The notes beneath the pieces are model-generated. The model was not told the origin of the DNA. It did not search any database and worked only from the letters and a program-made list of their open reading frames with translations. From NCBI GenBank assembly GCA_031409275.1, contig JANNXA010000016.1, positions 128,001-192,000 on the forward strand: a DNA stretch of 64,000 nucleotides, in the 5' to 3' direction. Source of the DNA: Planctomycetota bacterium. GTDB taxonomy: Bacteria; Planctomycetota; B15-G4; SIAN01. The position numbers and the translations under genes are program-made. Shown here in pieces: positions 28,391 through 38,262 of this stretch (positions are counted from its first letter, which is position 1; each line of letters starts with the position of its first letter).

Positions 28391-30820
28391 TTGAGTTCCA
28401 TCGCATTTGTGCGCATTGCGATCCTAGCGGCCACGATTCCGACGCTGCCCTCGCTGCCGGCCCTCCCTCGCCACCATCCTCACGACATCATCGACTGCGT
28501 TCAGCTCAGCCCACAGTACGGGCACGACCGAACGCTCTTCGCGACCTCCGAAGGGACGATCAACCTCGTGGTTCGCAGCCGCGACGGTGGCACGACATGG
28601 AGCGATGTGCGCAGCGGCATCACCGGCCGCCACGTCTTCTCAATGGCCCTGGCCGACGACTTCCAGACGAGCGGCCTCGCGTGGGCGGCGCTCGGCGAAA
28701 ACGGACTGATCCGCAGCGAGGACGGTGGCTCGAGCTGGACGGTCACGCCCTTCCGCGCCGATTCGCGCCTGCTCGCGCTCGGCCCTCCGGTTCCACAGGC
28801 ACCCGGTCCGATCGGCAAGCAGCCGACCCTCTTCGTCGGCACCAACAAGGGGCTCTTCCGCGTCCTCGCCGACGGCAGCACGGCGCGCCCGCTCGGCGCC
28901 GACACGTTCCAGCGCAAGAACATCCCCCAACGGATGGTCGTTGCCAACGATGGGACGCTCTTCGTCTACAGCGCCGACGGCACGTTGTGGCGCAGTCGCG
29001 ACGACGGCGAGGTCTTCACGCGCCTGTGTCGGCCGGGCGACGTCCGGGCAATCGTCCCGTCGCCGACCTACATGAAGGACCAGACGCTCTTCGTGGCCAC
29101 CTTCGGCGCTGGCATCCTGGTCAGCCGCAATCGCGGCGCCACGTTCGAACCGATGAATCGCGGTCTCGACGACCTGATGGTGAATGACCTCGCGATTCCC
29201 AAGCGGTGGCCCGACTGCCAGGAGATGTTCGCCGTCACCAAGGACGCCGGCCTGTTCCGCTCGGTCGATGGCGGTCGCAACTGGCAGCTCACGCCATTCG
29301 CGGTGATCGAGAAGACCTACCAGACCACCAACCACCATCTGCACGTTCGGCTCCCCGCGGACTATCCGCAGACGCCCGACGTCGTGGTCGGAACCTACGA
29401 GGGGCTGTTCGTCTCGAAGGACCGCGGCGCGACTTTCCTGAAGAGCAACATCAACCCGACGCGCATCGGCCGTCGGCTCGCGATCTCGCCCGACTTCGCC
29501 GATGACGCAACCGTGTTCACTTCGGGCTACGGGATGCTGCTCTCCATCTCGAATGACGCCGGCAAGAGCTGGGACTTCAGCGCGCGCGACGTCAACGCTC
29601 TGAGCACCTACGCGCTGGCCGTCGCGCCTACATGGCGGACCGAGGGGCTGATCGTACTGGGCGTCAACGAAGGGGTCTGGAGCTCACGCAACCGCGGCGC
29701 GAGCTGGAACCTGGTGCGACTCGACCCGTTCGCTCGGCCCGACGGTCCGCGCCAGGACCACGACATCTTCCAGTTCGCCTTCTCGCCCGCATTCGCCACC
29801 GACCGCACCTGCTTCGGCGTGAGCTTCGGCGGTGTCTACGTCTCGAACGACGCGGCCGCCTCATTCGAGACGCGCGCGCCGCCCAGCCGTTGGCTGAAGG
29901 CGCTGGCGGTGTCACCCAACTTCGCCGAGGACAAGACCTTCTTCGTCGGGGGCGAGATGATCCATCGCTCCGTCGATGGAGGACTGACGTTCGAAGGGCC
30001 GCTGCTCACGGGGTCGATCGACGGAATGCTGTGCGCTCAGGACTTCAAGACGTCACGGCTCGCCTTCGCCGTGAGCCGCAAGGACGGCGTGTTTCGATCG
30101 AGCGACGGTGGCGACAGCTGGAAGCCCGCGAACGACGGCCTGAACGGCCACCGACCGACGACGATCCAGGGCACCGTCGACTCCGACGGCAAGTACGTCC
30201 TCTTCGTCGGCACGCTGGGCGGAGGGATCCACCGTTCGCGCGATCGCGGCCTCACTTGGGAGCGATTCGGGCGCAAGGATCCGCACCTGCAGAACGTGCT
30301 CTCGCTGGCCTTCTCGCCGAAGTACCGCGAAGACGGGACCTTCTTCGCCGGCGCGCTCGACGGTGTGTGGCGATCGACCGATCGCGGGCAGACCTTCGCG
30401 CTCACGACCCAGCGCGAGATCTACGACAACATGCGCGAGCCGTGGCAGCACTCGAGCGGCAAGTGGGAACGCTACGGCCGCGAAGGCGCGCACCAGGGAA
30501 TGGCCGACATGGCGCGCCGCGCCGGCGCCACGATGACCCTGCCGTTCGTCGGCTCGAAGGTCGAGCTGCTCACGACCCGCGGCCCCGACCATGGCATGGC
30601 CGAAGTCCTCCTCGACGGGGTGGTCGTGAGCGAGTTCGATGGCTACTCCGCGCAGCCCGAAGGTGCCGTCCCGATCTTCGCGAGCGCGGAACTGCGCTTT
30701 GGCGCGCATGTCCTTGCAGTGCGCGTGCTCGGAAAGAAGCGCGAAGCCTCGAGCGACGTGCTCGTCGGCGTCGACGCGGCGATCGTCTGGTGCACTGATC
30801 CAGCGCTGCTGCGTCCGTGA
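28391..30820 (+). CDS. Secreted BNR/Asp-box beta-propeller protein (paralog 2)
   Basis: Colinear with 24213-26540 (RHHPHDIIDCV, YQTTNHHL, DHDIFQ). Confidence 0.8.
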   Translation: MSSIAFVRIAILAATIPTLPSLPALPRHHPHDIIDCVQLSPQYGHDRTLFATSEGTINLVVRSRDGGTTWSDVRSGITGRHVFSMALADDFQTSGLAWAALGENGLIRSEDGGSSWTVTPFRADSRLLALGPPVPQAPGPIGKQPTLFVGTNKGLFRVLADGSTARPLGADTFQRKNIPQRMVVANDGTLFVYSADGTLWRSRDDGEVFTRLCRPGDVRAIVPSPTYMKDQTLFVATFGAGILVSRNRGATFEPMNRGLDDLMVNDLAIPKRWPDCQEMFAVTKDAGLFRSVDGGRNWQLTPFAVIEKTYQTTNHHLHVRLPADYPQTPDVVVGTYEGLFVSKDRGATFLKSNINPTRIGRRLAISPDFADDATVFTSGYGMLLSISNDAGKSWDFSARDVNALSTYALAVAPTWRTEGLIVLGVNEGVWSSRNRGASWNLVRLDPFARPDGPRQDHDIFQFAFSPAFATDRTCFGVSFGGVYVSNDAAASFETRAPPSRWLKALAVSPNFAEDKTFFVGGEMIHRSVDGGLTFEGPLLTGSIDGMLCAQDFKTSRLAFAVSRKDGVFRSSDGGDSWKPANDGLNGHRPTTIQGTVDSDGKYVLFVGTLGGGIHRSRDRGLTWERFGRKDPHLQNVLSLAFSPKYREDGTFFAGALDGVWRSTDRGQTFALTTQREIYDNMREPWQHSSGKWERYGREGAHQGMADMARRAGATMTLPFVGSKVELLTTRGPDHGMAEVLLDGVVVSEFDGYSAQPEGAVPIFASAELRFGAHVLAVRVLGKKREASSDVLVGVDAAIVWCTDPALLRP

Positions 30821-30827
30821 CGACGCC

Positions 30828-32183
30828 TCAGTGCGCGACGACGTAGCGGCGGCGGAAGTCGGCGTACTGCGCGTGCACGTCGGCGATCGAGCGATCGAGT
30901 GGCAGCCTCGCGCCGCCGCGCGCGCGGACTGCGGCGGCGGCGTCGAGCAACGCCCGCCGCAGCGCCGCCGCGTCGCCAGCCGCGAAGGCGCGGCCGCGCC
31001 CGGCCGGCACGCACTCGGTCATCCCGTCGAGGTCGCTCGTGACCAGCTCGAGTCCCGCCGCACGCCCTTCGAGCACGACGAACGGCGTGTTCTCCCGCCA
31101 CCGCGACGGGACGACCAAGACCTGCAGCTGCGAAAGCGTCGCGGAAAGCTGCTCGCGCGCGAAGGGGCCACGGAAGGTGATGCGCGAGTCCCCCGCTGCC
31201 AGCTCGCGCAACTTCGCGTCGTAGTCGGGAAAGTCGCCGAACCGTCCGAAGCAGTGCAGGCGCAGCTGCGGATCGTCGATCCCGCGCATCGCTTCGAGCA
31301 GCACGGCGAGCCCCTTGTGCGCGGCGAAGGTGCCCATGAATCCGACGTGGACGCCTTCCGGCGGCGGCGGCGCGAGGCGATCGAGCAGCTTCCAGTCGAT
31401 CGCGTAGGGGACCACCTCGAGCTGCGGCGGCTCCACCCCGGCGCGGCGCAGCGCCATCTGCACCGTGCGCGACGGCGACAGGACCCGCGTCGCGCCGGCA
31501 AGCGCCGCCGCCAGCCGCCGCGGCCGCTCGGTCATCGCGAACCCCGCCTGCTCGCCGCTCGTCTCGTCGAGCGGGAACTCGCCGGCTTCGCGGCGTTGCA
31601 CGTGGCGACCGCGCGCCCACGGCTCGCGCGCCCACGGCGCCATCGCGCCATGCACGCAATCGAAGCAGCCGTAGCCGCCGTCGGGCGGGCCGTCGCACTG
31701 GACGTCGCGCGCGCCGACCACGGCGCCGCTGGCGTCGAGTTGAGGCTCGTGACGCAGCAGCAGGAAGCTCGGACAGACCCACCAGAAGTCCATCAAGTGG
31801 ACGATGCTGGGGATGCCGCGCCGCGCGACCTGCTCGAGCCGATCGACGCCGACGAAGCGCAAGTGGAAGAAGTGCACCGCCTCCGGCCGGAAGTCGTCGA
31901 GCAGTTGCGCGAAGCTCGCTTCGTTCTGCGGATTCCACCAGTCGGCCAGCACGTGGTTCTTCACCGTCGATTTCGCGAAGGCGTGGCTCACCACCGGTAC
32001 GCCGGCGAAGTCGTAGCGATCGACGGTGGCCGGCCGCTCCGGATCGCGCCAATCGGGATCGACGGTGTAGACGCGGACGTCGTCGCCGGCAGCGCGGCCG
32101 GCGCGAGCGAGCGCGAGGACGTACTGCTCGGTGCCGGAAATGTACTTCGGGAAGAATTGATGGACGACGTAGAGCACGCGCAT
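30828..32183 (-). CDS. Glycosyltransferase family 4
   Basis: MRVLYVVHQFFP..SGTE, HKGL, VPSRWRENTPFVVLEG. Confidence 0.9.
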   Translation of the reverse strand: MRVLYVVHQFFPKYISGTEQYVLALARAGRAAGDDVRVYTVDPDWRDPERPATVDRYDFAGVPVVSHAFAKSTVKNHVLADWWNPQNEASFAQLLDDFRPEAVHFFHLRFVGVDRLEQVARRGIPSIVHLMDFWWVCPSFLLLRHEPQLDASGAVVGARDVQCDGPPDGGYGCFDCVHGAMAPWAREPWARGRHVQRREAGEFPLDETSGEQAGFAMTERPRRLAAALAGATRVLSPSRTVQMALRRAGVEPPQLEVVPYAIDWKLLDRLAPPPPEGVHVGFMGTFAAHKGLAVLLEAMRGIDDPQLRLHCFGRFGDFPDYDAKLRELAAGDSRITFRGPFAREQLSATLSQLQVLVVPSRWRENTPFVVLEGRAAGLELVTSDLDGMTECVPAGRGRAFAAGDAAALRRALLDAAAAVRARGGARLPLDRSIADVHAQYADFRRRYVVAH

Positions 32184-32458
32184 CACGGGCACGATACGGT
32201 GCGATGGGAAACGATCGCCCGATCGCCCCAGCGACCCTTGGCTGCCCCGCGACCGTCCCCGCCCGCTCTGCCGAAAGCGATGGTGGCCCGCTTCGCCCGC
32301 CTTTACGCGGCCCGCGCAGCGAGCTATGCAAGCGCCCTCGCATCGGCTCGTGCCCGCGACGTCCGCCAGCACCGACAAGTGCGCCGCCCCCACCCCTCGA
32401 ACAGGCAACGAAACCCGCTCCGCCGGTGCTGCGCCGACCGGTCGATCGACCGACGCCG

Positions 32459-33670
32459 ATGAAGATCGCCCTCCTCTCCTACGAGTACCCACCCGAGACC
32501 GGCTTCGGCGGGATCGGCACGTACGCGTGGTACCAGGCGCGGGCGCTCGCGAAGCTCGGCCACGAGGTGCACGTCCTTTCGGGCGCCACCGAAGTCACGC
32601 CGCTGCGCAGTTCCGCGCACGACGGTCTCACCGTCTTTCGCTATCGCGCCGGCGGCGGCTTCATGAAGGCGCTGAAGCGCCTCGACAAGCACAAGCTCTG
32701 GTGGACGAAGAATCGCATCGAGAACGGCTGGTGCATGCACCTCGGATTGAAGGAGCTGCGCCGCCGCTTCAGCTACGACGTGGTCGAGATGCCGGAGTGC
32801 GGCGGCGAGGGGCTGCTGCTCAACTGGCTGCAGCGCGCGAAGACCGTGATCAAGTTCCACTCGCCGGCGCAGCTGATCATGCCGACCTACGACGTGCGAA
32901 AGGCCGACCACCTCGCGTGCTCGTTCGTCGAGAAGCTGGCGATTCGCGGGGCGGACGCGTTCACCTCCTGCAGCCAGTTCCTCGCCGATGAGGTGCGCAC
33001 GAAGATGGGCGTGCGGCGACCCATCAAGGTGGTCGCCAACGGCATCGACCTCGATCTCTTCGACGCCGAACAGCAGATCGACGCGCGCGCCAAGTTCGGG
33101 CTGCCCGCCGGCAAACCGGTCATCTTCTTCGCCGGCCGCATGGAGAAGCGCAAAGGGATCCATCTCTGCCCCGAGATCTGCGAGACGATCCTGAAGAAGC
33201 ACGACGTCGCCTTCGCCTTCGCCGGCAGCGACCTGTTCGGCTTCATGGAGAAGGAACTGCTGCCGCGGATCAAGGGCCAGACCTTGAAGGGCTCGGTCCA
33301 CTACCTCGGCAAGCTCACCTTGCAGGAGGTCGGCTCCTGCCTGCGCCAGAGCGACATCTACTTCATCCCCAGCCTCTGGGAGAACTGCCCGTACTCGTGC
33401 CTCGAGGCGATGGCGGCCGGCCGCGCCATCGTCGCCAGCGACGCGGGAGGATTGCCCGAGCTGATCCGCGACGGCGAGAACGGATTGATCGCGAAGAGCG
33501 GGGAGGCTGCCGGTTTCGCCAGCGCGATCGAGCGCCTCATCGAGGACGCGCCGCTGCGCGCACGTCTCGGAGCCGCGGCGCGCCGCACCGTCGAGGAGCG
33601 CTATACCGACGTCGGAATCGCGCAGCAGTCGCTCGACTGCTGGAAGCAGGCGCTGCAGCTGGGAGCTTGA
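32459..33670 (+). CDS. Glycosyltransferase family 4
   Basis: EYPPETGFGGIGTY, GRMEKRKG, PSLWENCPYSCLEAMA. Confidence 0.92.
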   Translation: MKIALLSYEYPPETGFGGIGTYAWYQARALAKLGHEVHVLSGATEVTPLRSSAHDGLTVFRYRAGGGFMKALKRLDKHKLWWTKNRIENGWCMHLGLKELRRRFSYDVVEMPECGGEGLLLNWLQRAKTVIKFHSPAQLIMPTYDVRKADHLACSFVEKLAIRGADAFTSCSQFLADEVRTKMGVRRPIKVVANGIDLDLFDAEQQIDARAKFGLPAGKPVIFFAGRMEKRKGIHLCPEICETILKKHDVAFAFAGSDLFGFMEKELLPRIKGQTLKGSVHYLGKLTLQEVGSCLRQSDIYFIPSLWENCPYSCLEAMAAGRAIVASDAGGLPELIRDGENGLIAKSGEAAGFASAIERLIEDAPLRARLGAAARRTVEERYTDVGIAQQSLDCWKQALQLGA

Positions 33671-33671
33671 G

Positions 33672-36600
33672 ATGGGCGTCCTGCACATCGAAGGCGAACC
33701 CGAGCGCGACCTGTCCCGTGAAGCCTACGACCTGACGCGCCGCCTCCTGCTCGAGCCGAAGGCGGTCTGCCACGCGCCCTTCGGTGCGCTCCACCTCGGC
33801 GACCAGCTGCGGCAGTGTCGCCACGGCGCCGCGGACCTCGGCGATCCGCGCAGGACCACGCTGGCCCAGGCGTTCTCTGGCGTGCCGGCGGACCAGCTGC
33901 GCGAACGATTCCAGCGCTACCTCGTGCGCCGCGACGAGTGCGCGCGCTGCGTCGGCGACTGGGAGGATGGTGCCGCGGCCGAGAGCCCGGCGCTGCGCGA
34001 ATACGACGATGCGCTGCCGCCGGTGAACGGGCTGCCCCCGCAGCTGCGCGCGTTGTCGATCGACGCGAGCGGCGAGCTGCCCGCGGCTCGGCTCGCCGAA
34101 GTGCGCGAGCTCATGCCGCAGCTCGACCATCTGACCCTGATCTGCACGACGCTCGAACGCGGCACGCGCGCCGCTTCGCTCGCCAGCGAGCTCGACTCCT
34201 TGCGCAGCCGCGGTCGACCCAGGCTGCGAATCATCGCGCGCGGCTTCGTGCCGGAAGCCGCCGCCATCCCGCCGGGCGCGAGCGAGGTCGAGGTCGACCT
34301 GCCACTCACGGCCCCTCCACTCGACGCGCCGCAGCAGGAACGGCTCGCCGACCTCGCCGACGATCTGCGCGAACGCAAGGCGTCTCTGTCCGTGCAGTGC
34401 GAGATCGGGTGCTCCACGTGGAGCGCGCTGCGCGGCTGGCTCAGCCGCTGCGGAGCGTGCGGCGCGGCGGCGGCGCCGCTGCTGGTTCCGCGCGGCACGG
34501 ACGACTCGCTCGCGGCGCTCGACCCCGACCTGCTCGCGGTCCTGCACGGGATCTTCTTCCGTTGGGGCGTCGAGAGCGGCATCGCCGCCGAGGCGCAGCA
34601 CGGTGAGCCTTCGCAACGCGCCTTGCTGAATCGGCTGCGCGAGTGGCAGCGCGCCAGCGCCAGCGCCGCGACCAGCGGCAACGCGTCGCTCGATCTCCCG
34701 GCGCCCGACTTCAGCGAAGAGGGAGAGGCGCGGCGGCTCCTGCAAGACCTCCTTCGCGCCTACCACCATCCGCAGATCGAGCGCTGGCTGCGGGCGCTGG
34801 TGCAGGCCGATGGTTTCGTGGGCGCCGCGCGCGAACGGTTGAGCTTGCGCCTGGTCACGCTCTGGCTCGCCAACGTTTTCGAGCGCCACGAGATGGCCTC
34901 GCTGCTGCGCGACATCTACCGCGATGCCGAGGCGGCGCTGACGCAGATCGCCGCCGATCGCGCCACGCTGGCGCAATCGCCGCTGGCGAGCTGGCACGAC
35001 AACTGGATCGCCGCACTCGCGCTCGAACGCCCGCCGCGCAGCGCCACACCGTTCCAGATCGCGCCGGCTGCCGCGCCGACCTCCCGGCACGCGCAAGTGA
35101 CCGTGATCATCCCCTCGTACAACCACGAGCACTTCATCGGCCAGGCGATCGACAGCGCGTTGGCGCAGAGCGGACCGGGCGTGCGCGTGCTGGTCGTCGA
35201 CGACGACTCGACGGACGCCACCGTCGCGGTGGCGCGCCAGCGACGCGACCCGCGACTGCTGGTGCGACGCAACTCGCGCAACCTCGGCCTCGGCGAGAGC
35301 CTGCTGCGCGCGCTGCGAATCGTGCGCACGCCGTTCGTGGCCATCCTCAACTCCGACGACTTCTTCCATCCCGAGCGCATCGAGAAGCTGCTGGGCGCGT
35401 TGAAGCAGTCGCCGCGCGCCACCGTCGCCGCCTCGCTGGTGGTGCCCGTCGACACGCAGGGGCGCACGCTGACGCTCGCCGACGCCTCGCCGATCTTCGA
35501 CGGCAAGCGCATCCACGATTGGCTCTCCTGGTGGAGCCACGCCGGCACGCCACCGACCGACGGCGACCTGCTCGGTCCGCTGTTCGAGCGCAACTGGCTG
35601 ATCACTTCGAGCAACCTGGTCTGTCGGCGCGACTTCCTTCTGCGCAACGCGCGACTCTGGCGCGACCTCGAGTACTGCGTCGATTGGCAGCTCTTCCTCG
35701 CCGCCGCCGCCGAGGGCGGCCTGCGGGTGGTCGCGGAGCCGCTGCTGGGCTACCGGCTGCACGCCAGCAACACCGTCTGGTTCGACACCGAACGCAGCTG
35801 GCGCTTCTACGTCGAGTCGCATCGCGTCGTCGCGCGCGCGCTCGAACAACGGCTGCGGACCGATCGATCGCCGCCGAAGGACCGTTTCGAAGCCCACCTC
35901 GAACTGGTCGCGCGCCATGTCGCCGCGAACCCCGACGCCGACTGGGCCGGGATCTGGCTCGGCCAGATGCTCGAACGGCTGAAGATCCCGTCGCGCGCAT
36001 TGCGACTCGGCAAGAGCCGCCCGCTGATCGAGGTCCTCGAACGGCTGCGGGAGCTCCGCCTGAACGCACGCGACGTCGCGGCGGCCGTCGGTGACCGGCT
36101 CGCATGGTTCCATCGCATGCGCGGCGAGGAGCCCTACCTGCGCTCGGAGCGCAGCAGGGCCGAGGCGCTCGCCTCCGAGTTGTCGCGTCTGCACGGCGAA
36201 CTGCACGGCACGCTGCTCGACCGCCGCAACGTCGAGAAGCTGTGGCACCAGGCCGAGCGCGAGCGCGACGCGGAGATCACCGGGAAGAGCGAGCTCTATC
36301 AGCGGTTCGACGCGCTGAACGGCGAAGTCGAACACGCAACGCGCGAGCGCGACGCGGTGAAGCAGGCGGCGGCGGCGGCGCGCGACGAAGCCGCGACGGC
36401 TGCCGCGACGGCCGCCGCTGCAGCCGCCGCTGCCGCCGCTGCAGCCGCCGCAGCGCTCGCTCGCGCGCGCGAGGAACAGGCACACGCGATCGCGCGGGAA
36501 CGTGCCGTTGCCGAGGATCGCTTCCTGGCCGAGCAGGCGAATGCCGCAGCCAGGAGCGTCGCACTCGAACAGCAGGCGCAGCGGGAACGTGGCGAACTCG

Positions 36601-38249
36601 AACAGCTAGCACAACGGGAGCGTCGCGAACTCGAACAGCGCGCGCGAAAGGAACGTCTCGAACTCGAGCAGCGCGCGCGACAGGAACTCGACGAACTCGA
36701 GCAGCGCGCGCGACAGGAGCGCGAGGAGTTCGAACGCAACGAGCAGGCGCTCGCCGCGAACCTCGCCCGACTCGAGGGCGAGCTCGCCCAGCAGAAGTCG
36801 CTCTCCCACCAGCGCACTGCCGAGCGCGACGCCCTGCTGCGCACTCCCGAGTACCGCTTCGGCCACCTCGCGCTCAACAAGCTGCCGCTGAAGCAGCCGC
36901 TGCGCTTCCTCGAGAAGAAGGCCTCCAAGGCGAGGGCGGTCTGGAACGGCAAGCGCCTCGCGCTCGAGCGCCGGAGCGGCAAGCCGCGCGTCTTCGCGAC
37001 CATCTGCTGGAACTTCCCGATCTACTCGCAGACCTTCGTCTACCAGGAGCTGCTGCAGCTCGAGAGGCGCGGGTTCGACGTGCGCGTCGTCTACAGCAAA
37101 CTCGATCCGAAGGACCGCCTGCATCAGCAGTTCGAGAAGCTCTGGGACCTGAAGCGGCCGATGCACCTCGACCGCGTGGTCCACGAGTCCGATTTCCGTC
37201 TCTTCAAGGCGCGCTTCCCGGACCGGGTCGAGCGCCTCACGCAGCGGCTGTGCGCCGCTTCGGGCCTCGCGCGCGAGCAGCTCGAGCAGCACGACAACTT
37301 CCTGCAGGGATTCACCTACGCGCGCCTCGCTGAGGCATGGGGCGCCGAGTACCTCCACTCCTACTTCTTCTACGATCGCTCGCTGATGTCGCTGATCGCG
37401 GGCGAGGTGCTCCAGCTGCCGCACGGCGTGTCGTGCTACGCCGATCACGTGATGAAGGACTACGAGCTGAAGGTGGTGCCGCTGCACCTCGAGACGTGCG
37501 ACGTCGTCGTCGCCACTTCGCATCGCATCAAGCGCGAACTGCTGGCGCTGGCGCCCGATACGCCCGAGTCGCGGATCCTGGTCAAGCCCAACGCGATCGA
37601 CTGCACCCGCTTCCCGGTGCTGCCACGACCCGAGCCGCACCCTGGCCAGCCGTTCCGCCTCGTGGTCACCAGCCGCATCGAACCGAAGAAGGGGCTGATC
37701 TACCTGGTCGAGGCGGTGCACCTGCTGCGCGGCGCGGGCATCGACGTCGAGGCGCACTTCGTCGGCGACGCGGATCACGGCGTGCCCGCGTCGGAGAACT
37801 GCAAGGCCGAGTTGTGCGCCCGGATCGAAGCGCTCGGCCTTTGGGGCAAGGTCCATCTCGAAGGACGCCAGCCCGAGCAGAAGGTGCGCCACTTCCTCTC
37901 GATCGCCCACCTCTTCGTGGCGCCGTTCATCGAGACCGAGAGCGGCGACAAGGACGGCATTCCGACCGCATTGATCGAGGCGCTCGCGACCGGCCTGCCG
38001 GCGGTGGTCACCGATTCCGGCTCGATCCTCGAGGTGGTCGACGACCGCGTCGATGCGCGCGTCGTGCCGCAACGCGACCCGCGCGCGCTCGCCATCGCGA
38101 TCCGCGAACTGCTGCAGGACCCGTCCGGCCGTCGCTTCATGGCGATCAAGGCGGCGCAGAAGGCGCGCGAGAAGTTCGACGTCTCCGTGTGCGAACCGTG
38201 GTTCCACGAGCGCGTGCGCGCGGCGCTGGCCGCGCGACGCAAGGCATGA
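33672..38249 (+). CDS. Multidomain glycosyltransferase: Cys-rich SPASM-like N-terminus, GT2, coiled coil, GT4
   Basis: VIIPSYNHEHFI, VDDDSTD, LNSDD (GT2); SQTFVYQE, RIEPKKG, DGIPTALIEALA (WcaL-like GT4). Confidence 0.85.
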   Translation: MGVLHIEGEPERDLSREAYDLTRRLLLEPKAVCHAPFGALHLGDQLRQCRHGAADLGDPRRTTLAQAFSGVPADQLRERFQRYLVRRDECARCVGDWEDGAAAESPALREYDDALPPVNGLPPQLRALSIDASGELPAARLAEVRELMPQLDHLTLICTTLERGTRAASLASELDSLRSRGRPRLRIIARGFVPEAAAIPPGASEVEVDLPLTAPPLDAPQQERLADLADDLRERKASLSVQCEIGCSTWSALRGWLSRCGACGAAAAPLLVPRGTDDSLAALDPDLLAVLHGIFFRWGVESGIAAEAQHGEPSQRALLNRLREWQRASASAATSGNASLDLPAPDFSEEGEARRLLQDLLRAYHHPQIERWLRALVQADGFVGAARERLSLRLVTLWLANVFERHEMASLLRDIYRDAEAALTQIAADRATLAQSPLASWHDNWIAALALERPPRSATPFQIAPAAAPTSRHAQVTVIIPSYNHEHFIGQAIDSALAQSGPGVRVLVVDDDSTDATVAVARQRRDPRLLVRRNSRNLGLGESLLRALRIVRTPFVAILNSDDFFHPERIEKLLGALKQSPRATVAASLVVPVDTQGRTLTLADASPIFDGKRIHDWLSWWSHAGTPPTDGDLLGPLFERNWLITSSNLVCRRDFLLRNARLWRDLEYCVDWQLFLAAAAEGGLRVVAEPLLGYRLHASNTVWFDTERSWRFYVESHRVVARALEQRLRTDRSPPKDRFEAHLELVARHVAANPDADWAGIWLGQMLERLKIPSRALRLGKSRPLIEVLERLRELRLNARDVAAAVGDRLAWFHRMRGEEPYLRSERSRAEALASELSRLHGELHGTLLDRRNVEKLWHQAERERDAEITGKSELYQRFDALNGEVEHATRERDAVKQAAAAARDEAATAAATAAAAAAAAAAAAAAALARAREEQAHAIARERAVAEDRFLAEQANAAARSVALEQQAQRERGELEQLAQRERRELEQRARKERLELEQRARQELDELEQRARQEREEFERNEQALAANLARLEGELAQQKSLSHQRTAERDALLRTPEYRFGHLALNKLPLKQPLRFLEKKASKARAVWNGKRLALERRSGKPRVFATICWNFPIYSQTFVYQELLQLERRGFDVRVVYSKLDPKDRLHQQFEKLWDLKRPMHLDRVVHESDFRLFKARFPDRVERLTQRLCAASGLAREQLEQHDNFLQGFTYARLAEAWGAEYLHSYFFYDRSLMSLIAGEVLQLPHGVSCYADHVMKDYELKVVPLHLETCDVVVATSHRIKRELLALAPDTPESRILVKPNAIDCTRFPVLPRPEPHPGQPFRLVVTSRIEPKKGLIYLVEAVHLLRGAGIDVEAHFVGDADHGVPASENCKAELCARIEALGLWGKVHLEGRQPEQKVRHFLSIAHLFVAPFIETESGDKDGIPTALIEALATGLPAVVTDSGSILEVVDDRVDARVVPQRDPRALAIAIRELLQDPSGRRFMAIKAAQKAREKFDVSVCEPWFHERVRAALAARRKA
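36564..36728 (+). repeat. Five tandem 33-bp coding repeats (LEQxAxxExxE); a 15-codon poly-Ala tract lies upstream at 36411-36455
   Basis: CTCGAACAG/CTCGAGCAG recurring at a 33-bp period. Confidence 0.85.
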
Positions 38250-38262
38250 GCGCGGGCGTGGC

